Origin: Nemertoderma westbladi
Lineage: Eukaryota; Animalia; Xenacoelomorpha
Assembly (NCBI GenBank): GCA_032718475.1
Contig: JAUCBJ010005549.1
Coordinates: forward strand, 1 to 64,000
Reading direction: 5' to 3'
DNA: 64,000 nt
The notes under the pieces were generated by a model. The model did no database searches. It had not been told where the DNA came from and saw nothing but the letters and a program-made list of their open reading frames with translations. The translations under genes and the position numbers were made by a program. Positions within the stretch are counted from its first letter, which is position 1; each line of letters starts with the position of its first letter. Below are positions 13,161-28,021 of this stretch, piece by piece.

Positions 13161-15281
13161 TAATAACTAACGATGCGAATCCTTCCAGGTCAATCATTTT
13201 ATATCCATTTGTTTTTAAATAAATTTATTAAATTTCTTTATATTATAAAAGTTTTTATGTAATATTTATTAACATCTGGGCGGTGTAGAAACCAGCTGCT
13301 GTTTTAGATTTATTTTTGTGTTGCTTTTAGCTTTTCTTTCTTTCGTAACACCCCGCGGCCCGCGATTTGCTTTGTTTAGTAATTTATTTGTCATTAATTG
13401 TGTTGCTTCTGGTCCGTAGCGCAACTATTTATTATATAACTGTGAATGCGAATAGTTTAATTTAGTTAAATCCGGTGAGAATTGTTACCCCAAAGGTTTT
13501 TCGAAAGTCGAAGCTGCATTTTTATATAATTATTTATTACAGTAAATAGCTAAATATTAAGCTGAGCTGCCTAGGATATATTTAGTGTTTTGGTTTGTTT
13601 TATTTGCGGAAAACAACTCACTTACAACTCAGAATAAATATATAATTAAAATATATAATAAAATAAATTAAATATAAGACAACAACTCGCGTCATAACCG
13701 TGATTAATTTCTATGTTTGAATCTTTTACCTTTTCGTATGTTTCTAATGCAAGCAACATATATTAAATTACGTATTTTCTCCATTTTTGATCTTGGGATC
13801 CTCCCATGCGCACAAGCGATGCTTTGTATGTGTAGATTACCAGGCGGAGTCGGTTTTACAGAGGGTTAGAGTAGATGTTCCATTAATTAATAAGTACGTG
13901 GGGGGGGGGGGGGGGGGGGGCTGATATTTGCATGGTGCTGTTTCACTTAGTTACTGTATATTATTAAGCAAATACACGAGTTTTCACGAGCTCACCAATC
14001 GATAAATCAATCAATCAAAAAGCTGTAAATAACAAAAAGCAACAAAATAAACAAAATAAACAAAAAACAGCTGTAAATTATAGTTTTAGAACTTCGGCTG
14101 AAACAAAGGATCTTTTGGGGTAATTATTCCAATCGAATATGATGTTTTTGCTTCACTTAAAGATATTGATATTATATAATAACATCAATAAACTTATACT
14201 TCTGTGCTTTTCTCGGTATTACTTTTTATGCAATAAATTGTAGATTAAACAAATTTACAATTTATTTAACAAACCGTCCAACATTTTTTGGATGTCTATC
14301 CAGTTGCAGCTACTGTAAGTCAGTGCCTGATATACCAACACCGTCAGTTATATACAATTTTAATATGATAGATTTAGATTTTTAATGAAATATATTCGAT
14401 TTTATATTTTATTTAGCAAAATTGGCATAATTAAATATCGGTTATATTGTTTAATTTTTTTGTTGTGGTTAAATTTTCAGACATAACGCTAATGATTAAT
14501 TAACTTTTTATTACTAAATGCTAATTAATATCAAACGAATTCAATCATTCATTCTTGGTGGCATGTTATTACGCTCAGCTAAAATAATTAAATCATGGGG
14601 CTTTCCAAAAACGTAAGGTGTGAGTTTAATAATATTTACCAGGGATTACTTTTAGGAATATCATTATTGCCTGTATATTTTTTTTACTTTAACTTTTAGT
14701 TGTTTTTTATCGCTGTTTTTTATATGTTTTATTATTTACAATCTCTCTATTTCCTTTTATGATGCGTCTAATTCATTCACGTCATTTATAAACCTGTTTT
14801 AGTTTCTTTATATTATTCTGGATGCAAAATAAAATCATTCGAATCTTTGAATCTAGACTATTTTTCTTCCAACATCCCTCCCTCCGTGGATAAAAAACAG
14901 TGATATTGGCTTTTCTGATATTTATATTTCATTCCATTAAGCTCTCGCCCAAAAAAACATTTGATTAAGGACTTGTTTTAGTTATTGTTTGTTTACTTTT
15001 GCTTGTTTGTTTGTTATAGTAGAAACATCTGCTCTACAGTAATTCTTCAATTTTTAAAAATTCAATTGCTCAATAAAAACTCTAGCTACCATAACTAATA
15101 GTGTTCTAGAACGAGAAAAAAGTAAACTTATTTTTTGTTTTCAAAAAATACTAGCTAATAAAAAAATATTAGCTATCATTTAAAAAAATCTACTAATGTT
15201 CACCGATTTCAAAAAGCACTCAAAAACACCAAAATACTGGTTAAAAAAAGGCAAAGGGTGACGTCAGGGCGAAGTAGTAAC

Positions 15282-15959
15282 AATGCAGTTTGCATTAAGA
15301 ATACTATGCCGGTTTATCGACAAAATTATACCACCACAACAAATAACTTAATATTCTCATCTTTAAGGCCAGTGTCCTTTAAGATGCGTCTCAATAAAGT
15401 CCGCCACAATGTTTACTTTCTGTATGAGGCGGCGAAGATTGCCAGGCTTGTCCACACGGCCAAAGTAATGTCCTGCAAAGCAGAGGCGGTTTTGTTCTTG
15501 TGTCAAGCTTGGGGGAACCAATGAGACACCTCCAATGTTATATAGTGTCTGGTTGGAGATGTGTGCATTGTACTTGACACAGTGAACCCGGCGTAGCATT
15601 CTTGTGAATGTGCCGTCCAGAGATTTGGTGTCCTCAGCAGTTAAAGCCCAGCATGGACTCCCATAGAGGAGTACTGGAACTACTGCTGCTCTAAATAATC
15701 GGACCTTAAGTTTCCGATTAATTCGATGTGACTTCCAAATCCTGGAAAGCCTATTCAGCATGGTCTGCCCATGCCTTTCCCTTACGTATTCGAAGGTCCT
15801 CACCTGACTTCCGGATCCATGAACCCAGGTAACAGAAGTCGTCCACATGCTCAAGCATACCATCATTTGAGCTTATGCTCATCCGATCAGAGACTTGCTG
15901 AGGACTTTCAAAGTTAACTGTCAGAATTTTGGTCTTTCTGGGGTTAATAAAAAGACCAA
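15282..15959 (-). pseudogene. RTE LINE 3' fragment, frameshifted
   Basis: Closely similar to 32710-33420, with indels. Confidence 0.85.
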
Positions 15960-16600
15960 TAAATAAATTTAAGGGGGCACTTAATAACAAAACACTTTGT
16001 TTAAGTGCCCAATTTAAGTTAAGTGAGTTTTTGAGAACCCGGGCCAATGTCTAATAGTGGGTTTGGGCCTCAATATGCGGTATAATTTGGCCATTTCCTT
16101 CCTTAACACACTGCCCGATACCGTATCCAAGTAACTCTGAGCTTATATCCGCATCCACTCCCCCAGACACCCTCGCCTAAAATTTTGGTTACACTGATAA
16201 CTTCTGTTTTTTTGTGTTGATTGTAGGCCTACAGTTTGTTGAGACTTCAATTGAAAGCGAATTCCTTTATTGTACAAAAATAGTGCAAAATGGAAACTAA
16301 TTCGGTAAAATAAATTAACATTTATTTGCCCTCTAAGTTTATTTCTGAACTTATTCGATTGATTTAGTTAACACTATTACGGCCGCTGTATTGATTCAGA
16401 ATTACTTTACTTTATCGAATGACCCAACATAAACAGCGTAATGTTTTTCTTTCTCACAAAAGCAAAGTTGATAATAATATCGATTTTTAACCGCTATAAG
16501 TTTTACCACCTGCGTATTGTGTTCGCTTTCTGCACTATTATAAGGTTGTTATCCGTAATTCAATAATTAGTAATAACAACAAACAAAACATAACACGTTC

Positions 16601-17222
16601 GTGGGGACTTCGCGCAGCACGTAGTCGGCAAGCCTTGGCATACGGTTCATATAGAGCAAATGGGGCATGTCTAGTTTGGACCCCATATCCCATGCTATAA
16701 ATGTATTCATTCGATATACAATCATATGTTAATCCGCTAGGTGGTGTCAAATTGTTATTCTGCAATTTCGTACTTACCAGTGCAGCACTGTACAGCAGTA
16801 CCGTACCGGTAGGCCTATGTCATTACTTCTGAGTCTCTAGCGGATCCCCAATTAAATGTCTTAACTTTTCAATTTCGTAAAAGATAGACTTCATGATTCT
16901 CTACAGGCCACCAAAATTTCAGCTCAGGAAAATGAGGCCTTCCCGAGAAATTTAACATTTTCTAAAAACCACATAATCTGTCGTAGCTGACGTCAGACTG
17001 CATGATTTTTCACCAAACTTTACAAACTTTCTAAACTTTCTCTCTACTACTTACCTACTAAGTTTGGTTCAATTCCGAACGAGCGATGCCGAGAAATTCG
17101 CGTTCAAACATTTACCAGACAGACGGACAGACAGACAGACGGACAGACAGACAGACGGACATGCCCCATTTGCCCTATATGAACCGTATGCAAAGGCTCG
17201 CCGACTACGTGTCTCGCCCCAC
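16601..17222. mobile_element. Non-autonomous element with ~55-70 bp inverted ends and a (GACA/GACG)n microsatellite (DINE-1/HINE-like or MITE)
   Basis: 16618-16671 is the near reverse complement of 17157-17211. CAGA/CGGA array at 17116-17160. Confidence 0.6.
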
Positions 17223-18599
17223 AAGAATATTGAAAGTGCATCTAAACAATAATAAGGTGCACTGTAACTGGATGGGGCGAAACCATAAAAGTACATGCCT
17301 CATTTAGTCTAATTTTAGTCTCACCAACTCTTCAATAACGATTTTTGCCCTCTATTCACTAACCTTATGAGGTATGCCTATTCCTATCAGCTGATGGGAT
17401 TAATGTTGCGTGTATATTTTATCCACTTTAGTATTCCCTACTATATTTTATTTTCCCATTTATTACTCTCCCAATACGAAACATTAGCTCTGCATGGCCA
17501 ACCTGAATGGATTCACCACATACTAATATCGAACACGAAAGCTACACCAATTTGTGAGTTGCACATGGAAATCTTTGAAACCAATTAATCTGCAAAACAT
17601 TAAAATAAATCATATGTTTTTGTAAAGTAAAGTAAAAATCACTATCAAATTCTACTCCATATCTTTTAATCGTTATTTTTTTTAGCAAAATCTCGTTCTT
17701 GAATTCGATTTTAGGTGTTGAATTCCGGTAACTTTTTGATCCTATATGATATTTACATATTTATTATTATTATTAATTGTTTCATTACATAATCTCTTTG
17801 GATATTTTTCTTTATAGTGCGGATGTGAGAAAATAGGCAGCGAAGCAGAAGTAAATGACGACAGACAAAGAGAATTGTGCGGCTTGGAGGAAAAAAAACG
17901 TACTAATTTAGTAATATATTTAATTGTATGTACTGTAATATTATTATTAGTAACCACAAAAATAGCCGGCATTATTTAATATTTTTTTAATAGCTAAGGT
18001 TTAATTAAGTTTAGTATTACTACTGGGGGTGTAATGCTAATCTTATTCCCACTCAAAAAATCTTAAATAATCGCAATTCTCTTTCACATAACAAGCCTAC
18101 CCACAATTAATTGTTTAACTCATCATCAATAAATAACAAACCAACATTATATTTTATGGTATACGGCTTTTCATCTCAATACCTTTCCACTCGGAATTTT
18201 CGTCCCGGAATATTCTTCCTAAATATTATTTTATCCCCAGACTTTTCATGCGGCTCTAGAGGCCTACCGCTAGAAAAATGCAACTTCTACAGTAGATGAT
18301 CCTGATTTTACATATCTGGGACGGATTGTTCTGAACGGCGGAATTTTAATTGAATTTTAATTTTAATTGTTTAATTTTGTAACCGAAGTCTGAATGAATA
18401 GTTCAGGGCAAAAAGTCCCAGGACTAAACTTCCTATATTCTAGAATATATATACTATGTATTCTGCCTTGTAGCCTTGTATGTTGATAGCTGGCATCCCA
18501 AACTGAGGTGACTCTTTTCTCAACTCTCTTTCTCAACGGTGCTGGTTTTTTAATACAGACATTTTTTTTATCTGGTGCTGACAATCACTGCAGATGGTT

Positions 18600-20520
18600 C
18601 AGCTGTGCAAAGGTTGGCGGTTCTAGAAGATATATGGTGGTGGACGCCATGGGGGCTCGTCCAACATACTACATGTTTATTATGCTGGCCAGATTATCGC
18701 TAAAATATCGTTTTCTGATCCTCCCAGATAGCTAGCATTCCAGCGACTTTGAATTAATCCACCATCAGGGCTACTTGCTGCTTCCCCCAGTATGCAGTAA
18801 ATAAACAGCAGCACCAAGCAATATACTTCACTACCGCATAGTATATCGAGAATAGATTCAGTTCTATCAGCCTCTTCCCAATCCATGAATCCACAAGTCG
18901 CCAGGACCAAACAGTTATGCTTCAACTCCGGTAAATTGTTGGAGACTCCAGGAATCTCCGGCACCACCAGCCAGGAATCCACCCTTCAGGAACAACTTTC
19001 CATTGACAAGTCTTCCTACAACAGGCCACGTGTACTATCATCCACGTGGTTCAATTCCCCCAGTATGTGTTACTACTGTTCAGCCGTCGCCTCATCTGTA
19101 ATTTCATCAATCCGCGAGGCCACTAATGGTAGGAACCACTGAGAATGATTCGGTATGTAAGCAATCACAGTCGTAGAGTCAGACCAGTAGAACGCATCAT
19201 CAATCTCCAACCCAAGTTCAGTTTGAATGGTACGAGTTAGTCTCACACCTAAGAAGCCCCTTGAAGTTCCAACCTAATGATAGTTGGCTGTTTAATGAGC
19301 ACTCTCATTCCACTATCATATACCATCCCCAGGTAATTCCACTGCAGGATACTCCACTCCTGAGCATAGCTAATGGGATGCAGGTGCCTAGCAATCAGCA
19401 TATCCTCCAATCCATAACCCCAAGGAATCCACAGCCTCGAGATCACCCTATTGCACCACACCATTGCTCCAACTCTCTGTTGAATGTTGGGAACCAGCTT
19501 ATCCTACCCACACGTCGTTGACCTCTGTATCCCAAAATACACCCAGAATCTCAACCACAGGGAGGATATCCACCTCCAGATGAAGTGCGGAATAACCCGC
19601 CCTCTCAGCCAGAGGTGTTGATCGCAAAACCTCCTGTAAGTTACTCGACCACTGAATCAACTGGAAGCTCCCAGCTCCCAATGCAGTAGTGTGTGATAAG
19701 TCCACCAATCAGTTTCTTAGCTTTAGTAACCCTGTCCACAGAATCTGAAAGGTCATCAGAAAAAATTGAGTTCTTTACCACATGCTCAACCCCAGAGAAC
19801 ACACATCCCATCTCTTCCATGCACATTGACCTCAAATACTTACAAGCAGATGACACCCCAAACACATGTGACTTCAACTGATATGTGGTTGATGGACCCT
19901 GTTCTGCAGTGTCATGCCATAGTAGTCGAAGCGACTGCTGATCCTGAATTGAGACTTTCAGTCGGTGGTAAATCACCTTCACATTTGCCATGAAGGCAAT
20001 GGCATATCAATGGAACCAGAGCAGAACGCTAACTATTGAGTTTAGTAGCTCTGGCCTAAAATAAAGTTGTATGTTATACTGTTGCTCTGTCGACAATGAC
20101 ACAGACGTTCTCGGGTATATTTGGATCGAGTTCCCTATTATGAGGCAGATAGATGTCCCATGTGCTGGGATTCCACAACTCCTCCCCCATTGTCTGATAC
20201 GCTTACCCATTCTCGAGATGAGTTTATGTCTTCTCGGTATATTTTTTCCAACACAAGATCCTTCATCAACTTCCTCTCTAGAAGGAGTGTCCTCATTCCA
20301 TGGCATTCCAATCTCGAAGCATCCATCCTCCAGAAGAATCTTCCCCTCTTTAATTTAACATCTTTCCTTCCGATCATCTTGAGAAGTCAGTCGATGCACA
20401 TCAACAGAGACCCCAAAACTCTCAGTAAGTGTCCCAACTATTGGGATAACTACCGGTATTCCTCTCGAGTTTACTCTACTCTCACTCTAAAATTCCTTAA
20501 ATCATTGTATTACTTTAGAT
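18600..20520 (-). pseudogene. Decayed BEL/Pao pol (RT, RNase H, start of integrase region)
   Basis: Minus-strand fragments SLRLLW..HVFGVSSA..IFSDDLSDSV, IRLELQ and YWSDSTTVIAYI..RIDEI, with many stops and frameshifts. Confidence 0.75.
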
Positions 20521-20678
20521 AAACGGTAGCCATCGAATAGAAAAACATCATCTATAAAGAAGACTTAAATAATATTTAAGGTGTTACCCTTTCAAGCAAG
20601 CAAGCATTCAGTGTAAATATTGCCGTGACATTTTCAAGGGACAGCAGCTATTGTACCTATATTGATACATAAGTGATA

Positions 20679-20929
20679 CCGTGAGGACCATCCAGCGCAT
20701 AATCTTGGGCTGTGGCAGCCTCATGGAGTGAATAAGCATAGTTGGTGGAGAGACCATGGCATTCTTGAGACGCATCTTAAAGGACTCTGGCCTCGAAGAT
20801 GTGGATGATCTAGCAAATGTCATGGGTGATAGAGAGTTGTGTCGGCGCAATTTTGTCGACAAGCGGGCACAGCATTCTTAAAAATGCAGCTGCAATGCAG
20901 CATGCCGATCCTAGTAGTAGTAGTAGTAG
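20679..20929 (+). mobile_element. RTE 3' end with (AGT)n tail
   Basis: Diverged reverse complement of 32686-32925, ending CTAGTAGTAGTAGTAGTAG. Confidence 0.8.
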
Positions 20930-21008
20930 ATACATAAGTTATACACAATAGAGAAATAGAACAATGCCTGAACAACAATGAAAATATCAACGTATTATTT
21001 TGTTGTAG

Positions 21009-21188
21009 ATGTCGGTGTTTGGAGTGAATGGACTTTGGATAATAGTGTGTGCCCAGCAGATCCATCATCTCCTCTGGAAGACCTTGCAAGCAGAAGATGG
21101 AAGAGTTGCGAAAAGGAGAGATGGGGTGGTGGTTGTGAAGGGGAAGATCTGATGCCAAGCTGCCCTTCGGATCCAAGGTTTTATTATG
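21009..21188 (+). CDS. Putative TSP1-like exon
   Basis: Acceptor TTGTAG. DVGVWSEWT..C..RRWKSC..GGGCEG..C. Possible phase-1 donor G|GTTCGT. Confidence 0.55.
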
Positions 21189-21732
21189 GTTCGTTTGACA
21201 TTTAATTTTAAAATCTAATATATTTCACAAAAAAACGTAGGTTCAATATGTTCCTCAGTAATTAACAGAGTGTTATATCTGTTCGTATTCTATTCAAGAT
21301 AATTACACTCTGCCGCTAGTAACCATCAATGGTAGTGCCATAAATTTGCTGCGAATTTTTATTTGATACGAATTTCTATTTGCTGCGAATTTCTATCTAA
21401 TTTTAAGGTCGAGGAACACTCTCCCTGTCCCGCTCTCCCTCTTATTATTATTTTTATTATGATCCGCAAAAAAATATTTTATAGATTTTTTTGGTCACTA
21501 ACAAGGTACTTACGGTTTTTTGCTGGATTGACTCGACTAAAACTAGAGGTAATAATTCCTCACCAAAACTAAGGTTGTAATTTAAAAGCATATCTGTAAG
21601 TATATTAATCTTATATATAATGGACAACAACTATAGTTTGTGAAATATTTTTCTCATTATTTGCAACTAGAAACCCGCTGTAATGTTTCCTTAGAAAACT
21701 TAATTTTTAAGTTTTTATTTTTTATTTTACAG

Positions 21733-21855
21733 ACATCAATGAATGCCTTGAAAAAGTTGATGATTGCAGCACACATGCAGACTGTACCAATACAGATGGC
21801 AGCTATACTTGTGTGTGCCATACTGGCTATACTGGTGATGGATTCCAATGCAATG
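21733..21855 (+). CDS. Calcium-binding EGF exon
   Basis: Acceptor TTACAG. DINECLEKVDDCSTHADCTNTDGSYTCVCHTGYTGDGFQCN. Donor G|GTATGT. Phase 1-1. Confidence 0.9.
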
Positions 21856-22536
21856 GTATGTATGCCTCCTATTTGTAAGTGCTATAATATATTTACTATA
21901 TTTACAGTACTTGCTATACTATAATAACTTGAGGGATTTTTTTTATAAGTGTTAGTTACATGAATACTTACATGGAACTGCAAATAATTATTGATATCTG
22001 AAAAGTCTCAGTAAAAGGTACCTCAGCAAAATACCCTTTGTCAGGTAATTTACAGTGTGTAGTTGATACCAAGTGGATATTGAATTGGGATTATTTAATT
22101 TTATGTTATAATTATTGGGTGAGAATAAATTTATATTACAGTAACAGCCAACAACTAGATAACAACAATGACAACTCATTCTATTTTCAAATGGCAGTGA
22201 TTTTTTATGTCAATTTATTTGACTTTTTTTGTCACTTTTTTTTACGAATTATGCATAATGACTTTTGTTGTCCATTTAATGACTTTTATTGTCACTTTTT
22301 ATGTATGTATTTCTTCAAACTGTCAGACTGCTGATTTCTGGACTGTCAGACAGTTGATTTCACTATGCCTGTGCCAAAACATTCCATGATTCCATGATTT
22401 ATAGACTATGAGATAGATTTCCATATGCGCCTGTGGTAAAAAGACTCTATATTTAATAGTTTGTGGTTGTTGTCGATAATCGATTACCACATGACGTAGC
22501 AAAACACTCATTTTATAGCCAAAAACAATCACCAAT

Positions 22537-23107
22537 TGATGGAAAGGAGCAGGTTAAGGCCGAGTTTTCTAACCAAAACAATAAACAGTCACTTTACCAA
22601 ATCAGGGAAAGGAGCAGGTTACAGAGACGGGATTTTCTAACCAAAACAATAAACGATCATTTAACTAATTGAGGGAAAGGAGCAGGTTACAGAGACGGGA
22701 TTTTCTAACCAAATCAATAAACGATAACATTACCAATTGAGAGAAAGGAGCAGGTTACAGAGGCGGGATTTTCTAACCAAAACAATAAACGATAACATTA
22801 CCAATTGAGGGAAAGGAGCAGGTTACAGAGGCGGGATTTCCTAACCAAAACAATAAACGATCACTTAAACTAATTGAGGGAAAGGAGCAGTTACAGAGGC
22901 GGGATTTTCTAACCAAAACAATAAACAGTCACTTTACCAAATCAGGGAAAGGAGCAGGTTACAGAGACGGGATTTTCTAACCAAAACAATAAACGATCAT
23001 TTAACTAATTGAGGGAAAGGAGCAGGTTACAGAGACGGGATTTTCTAACCAAAACAATAAACGATCATTTAACTAATTGAGGGAAAGGGGCAGGTTATAG
23101 AGGCGGG
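22537..23107. repeat. 68-bp tandem repeat, ~8 copies
   Basis: GGGAAAGGAGCAGGTTACAGAG..AACAATAAAC recurs with a period of 67-69. Confidence 0.93.
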
Positions 23108-24631
23108 CCTTCTGTGCTGTTGGAAGTAGTGGAGCCGCTATCCGTAACACTACTCAGACAGTAGTCATGATCCATTATTGATTATAAAACTAATACAGTA
23201 AGGCCTAAATTATGTGAAAGGTATATCCACATTTTCCACAATCCTGCAATCCAGTTTCGCCTATCAATTATTTAAAATTTATTAGCACAACCGGTAGGCC
23301 TACCATTACCGTATTTAAATGGTAGGCTACACAGTAGGCCTATAGCAGTACCAGTGCCGGTACCGGTACTAAAATACAGAAATACCTGCTTTATACCTAC
23401 ATCTGTACATACAATACAGCAAAATAGTGCTATATATATACTAACCGGTACTGATAGCCTGAGAGAACAGCAGTAGAGAAACCGGTAGCATGGAACCTAA
23501 CATTAGACTTTTGGATGACATAAAAAATCAAAAAAAATTGACAAAAAAAGGATAAAAATGGACAATAAAAATTATTGCGTTTTCAAATATTGACCCACCC
23601 CCTAACATTGTTAGTTCGCTAAGGTCCCCCCTTTGTTGGTCGCCCCAAAATACTTATTACAAACAATAAAAACCAAATTTAAATAATTTCTATTGAACCC
23701 GCCATCATCTCCCATCTCCCTATGTAAATATATTTGGACTCCTTGCTGGTCGCAATAGATCCTTCAATATGATGATTACTAACTTTGTTGAGGAGTAAAC
23801 GTCTTGGCAGTAATATTTAACCATATCTTACCAGGTACATCAAATAATCCTATAGGCATAACTGGTTAGTTTTCGCAGTAAAGCTGCTTTCAATTACCCA
23901 AGTCACCTTGCTGCCATTTTTCTACCATTTGGGATGATCCTCGGTTAAATATGCATAATAGAAAAAAGTTCAAAATAATTTTTGGTAACATTTTATGGGT
24001 TCTTTGCACCAGTGCAACACTGGGCACTTAATTAAGTAACGAGTTAATAGTAACCGGGTACTCAAATTAGTATCTGGGTACTAACAATTTGCAAATAAAT
24101 ATGCCTAATCACAACCAAGGCACTCCACAAATAGTTACCAGGTACTTAAATTCGTAAGCACGTGCTGCTCTGATATGTAACCAGATGCTCCGATTTGTAA
24201 CCGGATAATCAAATTAGTAACCAGGTACAGCGGGGAGTCCGGGTAATCAAATTAGTAACCGGCTGCAGCGGGGAGACCGAATAATCAAATTAGTAACCGG
24301 GTGTAGCGGGGAGTCCGGATAATCAAATTAGTAACCAGGTGCAGAGGGAGTCCGGATAATCAAATTAGTAACCGGGTAGAGCGGGGAGTCCGGATAATCA
24401 AATTAGTAACCGGGTGCAGAGGGAGTCCGGATAATCAAATTAGTAACCGGGTGCAGCGGGGAGTCCGGATACTCAAATTAGTAACCGGGTAGAGCGGGGA
24501 GTCCGGATAATCAAATTAGTAACCGGGTGCAGAGGGAGTCCGGATAATCAAATTAGTAACCGGGTAGAGCGGGGAGTCCGGGTAATCAAATTAGTAACCG
24601 GCTGCAGCGGGGAAAACGAATAATCAAATTA

Positions 24632-25877
24632 ATTAATTATTATTTATTAAACCAAAATAATGGTACGATTGTAAAACTATATAAGCATTAAGCAAGCAAG
24701 CAGTAAAATCCAAATATACTATACATAAATAATAAAATATTTACACAGTTGTAAAACAATTTTAAATCAGAGTTTGTTGGCCCAGTACGTAAGGGGGTGG
24801 TGGTTGCTCGGGCAACTAAGGAGATGGTACGTGTCCGCCGGCCTCCCGCAGAGACTACATACACAGTCATTCCCCGCCTCATGAAATTCTGTGGGTCTGG
24901 ATGTACAAATTCGGAAATGGAAACCGTGAAGAGCAAAGCGGGTTATGGTGTGCCTCTTACGACAATTTGTGATTGTCCAACTGCGATTTATGAACGCGAT
25001 ACTGTTCCAGAACTCTACTGGGATTTCACGAGTTTTGTCTTCGACTTCAGCGGTGTATTTTTTGAATACATCCGTGTCTGTTAAATTTAGTTGACCTTTA
25101 AGTACCATAGAAAGATTTCGCGAATCACAGAGAGCGTGAACTAGCCGATTCCTAGACGATTTGTGAACTGAAAGTACTCTTTTGAGGAAAGCAGCTTGGA
25201 TTTTATCGATACTATGAAGGTTGTTGACTGACAAGAAAGGCCAAATTTCGCGAAGTCCATACATAACTATCGGTGTTACTTTTAAGGAAAAAAGCTTTTT
25301 AGCTGTGCTAATAGATAGTAGATGTGGTTTCTGGATTGACCGTATTGTGGAAAGTGATTTGCAGACTATTATATTTATGTGCTTTGTGAATTTCAAGGAC
25401 GATTGAAATGTGACTCCCAAATATTTATAAGACTTTTCTATTTTCACCTCGTTTCCGTTGTAGAAAAATTTATCCTGAGCGGACAGTCGGCCACCTCTCC
25501 TAAATTTCATTACGGAAGTCTTTGTAAGATTTACTTCAAGACCGTTTTCCCGGGCCCAATTAGCAGTTGCATTTAAACCAGCTTGCACTACCTCACGGGA
25601 GTCGCCATAAAATAGCAAATCATCCGCAAATAATAATATAAATAATTCCCCAATCTTGACGGTAATATCACGTATAAACTTCACAATATCGTAAATAAAA
25701 ATTACGAACAGGAAAGGGCTCAAGCTGTCTCCTTGTAAAACCCCACGCACTTGTTTTATAATTCTAGAATTACGGAGGCCATCTGAAATTACTATATAAT
25801 TAGGACTTAAAATCGATTTAATGATGTTAAAAAGTGAACCACGAATATTAAAATCAAACCATAATTAAATAATAATC
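24632..25877 (-). mobile_element. 5'-truncated non-LTR retrotransposon (RT C-terminal part, ORF 24767-25750)
   Basis: GVLQGDSLSP, LFADD, YKYLG and a C-terminal CSLC..HLLSC. Flanked by duplicated AATAATCAAATTA. Confidence 0.85.
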
Positions 25878-26306
25878 AATAATCAAATTAGTAACCGGCT
25901 GCAGCGGGGAGACCGAATCATCAAATTAGTAACCGGGTAGAGCGGGGAGTCCGGATAATCAAATTAGTAACCGGGTGCAGAGGGAGTCCGGATAATCAAA
26001 TTAGAAACCGGGTGCAGCGGGGAGTCCGGATACTCAAATTAGTAACCGGGTAGAGCGGGGAGTCCGGGTAATCAAATTAGTAACCGGCTGCAGCGGGGAA
26101 AACGAATAATCAAATTAGTAACCGGCTGCAGCGTGGAGACCGAATCATCAAATTAGTAACCGGCTGCAGCGGGGAGTCCGGATAATCAAATTAGTAACCG
26201 GCTGCAGCGGGGCGACCGAATCATCAAATTAGTAACCGGGTAGAGCGGGGAGTCCGGATAATCAAATTAGTAACCGGGTGCAGAGGGAGTCCGGATAATC
26301 AAATTA

Positions 26307-28021
26307 CCCAGTTAAACATGAGCTTATGTTTCATATGTGGTATATATATGTTGTATGGAATAGGTGTGTCTGGAAATTGGGTTTTTATGCTCATGTATGA
26401 ATAATACATGTCACGCATGCGGTGTTACATACACTTAGAATGTGTGTATCCCTATTTATGGTATTTATATGTTGCACATATGAATTTATCATAAATAAAT
26501 GTGTGAGAATGCGCATGTGAATAATATATGTCGAGCATATGTGAAATAGCCATAGCCAAGACTCCGAGTTAAATTTAAATCCATAAACTATTCAATTCGT
26601 AATTGTGTAATCCAGTTCATGGATTTTATATGTTGCACACATGTTTGCCTTATGGTAATACAGGCCTTACAGTAATACATGTACAGAAAAGAATAGCGAG
26701 GGGGGATGCGGAATTTGTTGATGTCAATACTCAGTTTTTTGCATTAAGAACAAATATCGTTTTAATCAGCAGTATAATACGTTGAATCTATATTTTTTTG
26801 TTAAACTGTATTTTCTAAAGTACCGGCTATTTAACAATATAATGTATAATCAATACATACAGACATAGGCCTACTATAATAAGGTTTAAATGATCTGTGA
26901 AGGCTGTATGGACACTAAATTGAAGTAACCATAGTCGATCGTCCAATTGTTTTGTTTATTGCATTTGAGGGTTGGTGGTGGGACTCATTCTTAAAATGAT
27001 AGGCATTTCATAGTCTGATCCTGCAATCTTTCTTCTTAACCACGTTGTGTCGCTTGCAGTTTAGCTAGTGAATCGCAATTGATTTTATATTTTACCCATA
27101 ACAGCGCGTTGCATAAGCCTACCGCTTATCATAAGCAACTCAATTGTTCAGTGATGCAGTGTGTGACTTGCTTGCTTTCTGCCTTGCACTATGCACATTG
27201 TGCTGTGCATGTGCATTCTACAGTGCTGTATTAACAGAATTAGACAAACATATGTATGGCTGTGTGGTGGTTTTCACTTGTCAGGTTGTGGTTGTGCATT
27301 GTCATCTGCGCTGCTAAATATCAGTAAGGGGTACAGACATAGACAGATAACATACTGTACATGCACTATACCATCCGTAAGGTAGGCAGGCCTATTGCAG
27401 TTCTTATCCCGTTAAAAAATTGAACATATGTTTCATATGTGGTATATATATGTTGTATGGAAAAGATGTCTTAAAATTAGATATAAAATATCATATGAGC
27501 AATTATATGATCTTAGAATTAATAAATTTTCGAAGATTTATCAAAATGAATAATCAATTATAGCTGAAAATTAGATAACTTAATTAAATCTAACTAATAG
27601 AATACGAATTTACGGATCATCACCAAAATCTATTAAGGATACTCTCATATCACTATGGATTAAATATTTTCATATATACTCCGATGCTTCCTTCTCTAAA
27701 TGTATAGGGTAGGTGTACTGTAGGGCCGTAGGATAGGGTGTAGTGATTGGATAGGATAAGGTACTGAGGTAGGCTACCCCCCCCCCCCCCCCCGCCCAAC
27801 CTCTCTATAGGAAATGCAGACCCACACCAGTGATTGGTCGGTCTCAGTTTAAATTTTTACTCTTTTTGTCGCACTTGTCACATAAAAAACATATGTGTAT
27901 CACATGTGAACATTCCACGTATGGATCACATTTGACAACACTGTAACATTTACATATATGTATCACATGTCGAATTATTTATGGCAACCATATATGAAAC
28001 ACATACTCATGTTTAACTGGG
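26307..28021. mobile_element. Non-autonomous EnSpm/CMC-like DNA transposon
   Basis: TIR CCCAGTTAAACATGAG / CTCATGTTTAACTGGG with a TA duplication inside the satellite unit AAATTA|GTAACC. Confidence 0.8.

Noticed and set aside
22180-23590. TIR element enclosing the 68-bp array
   Set aside because: The flank similarity is low-complexity T-rich sequence, and no TSD was found.
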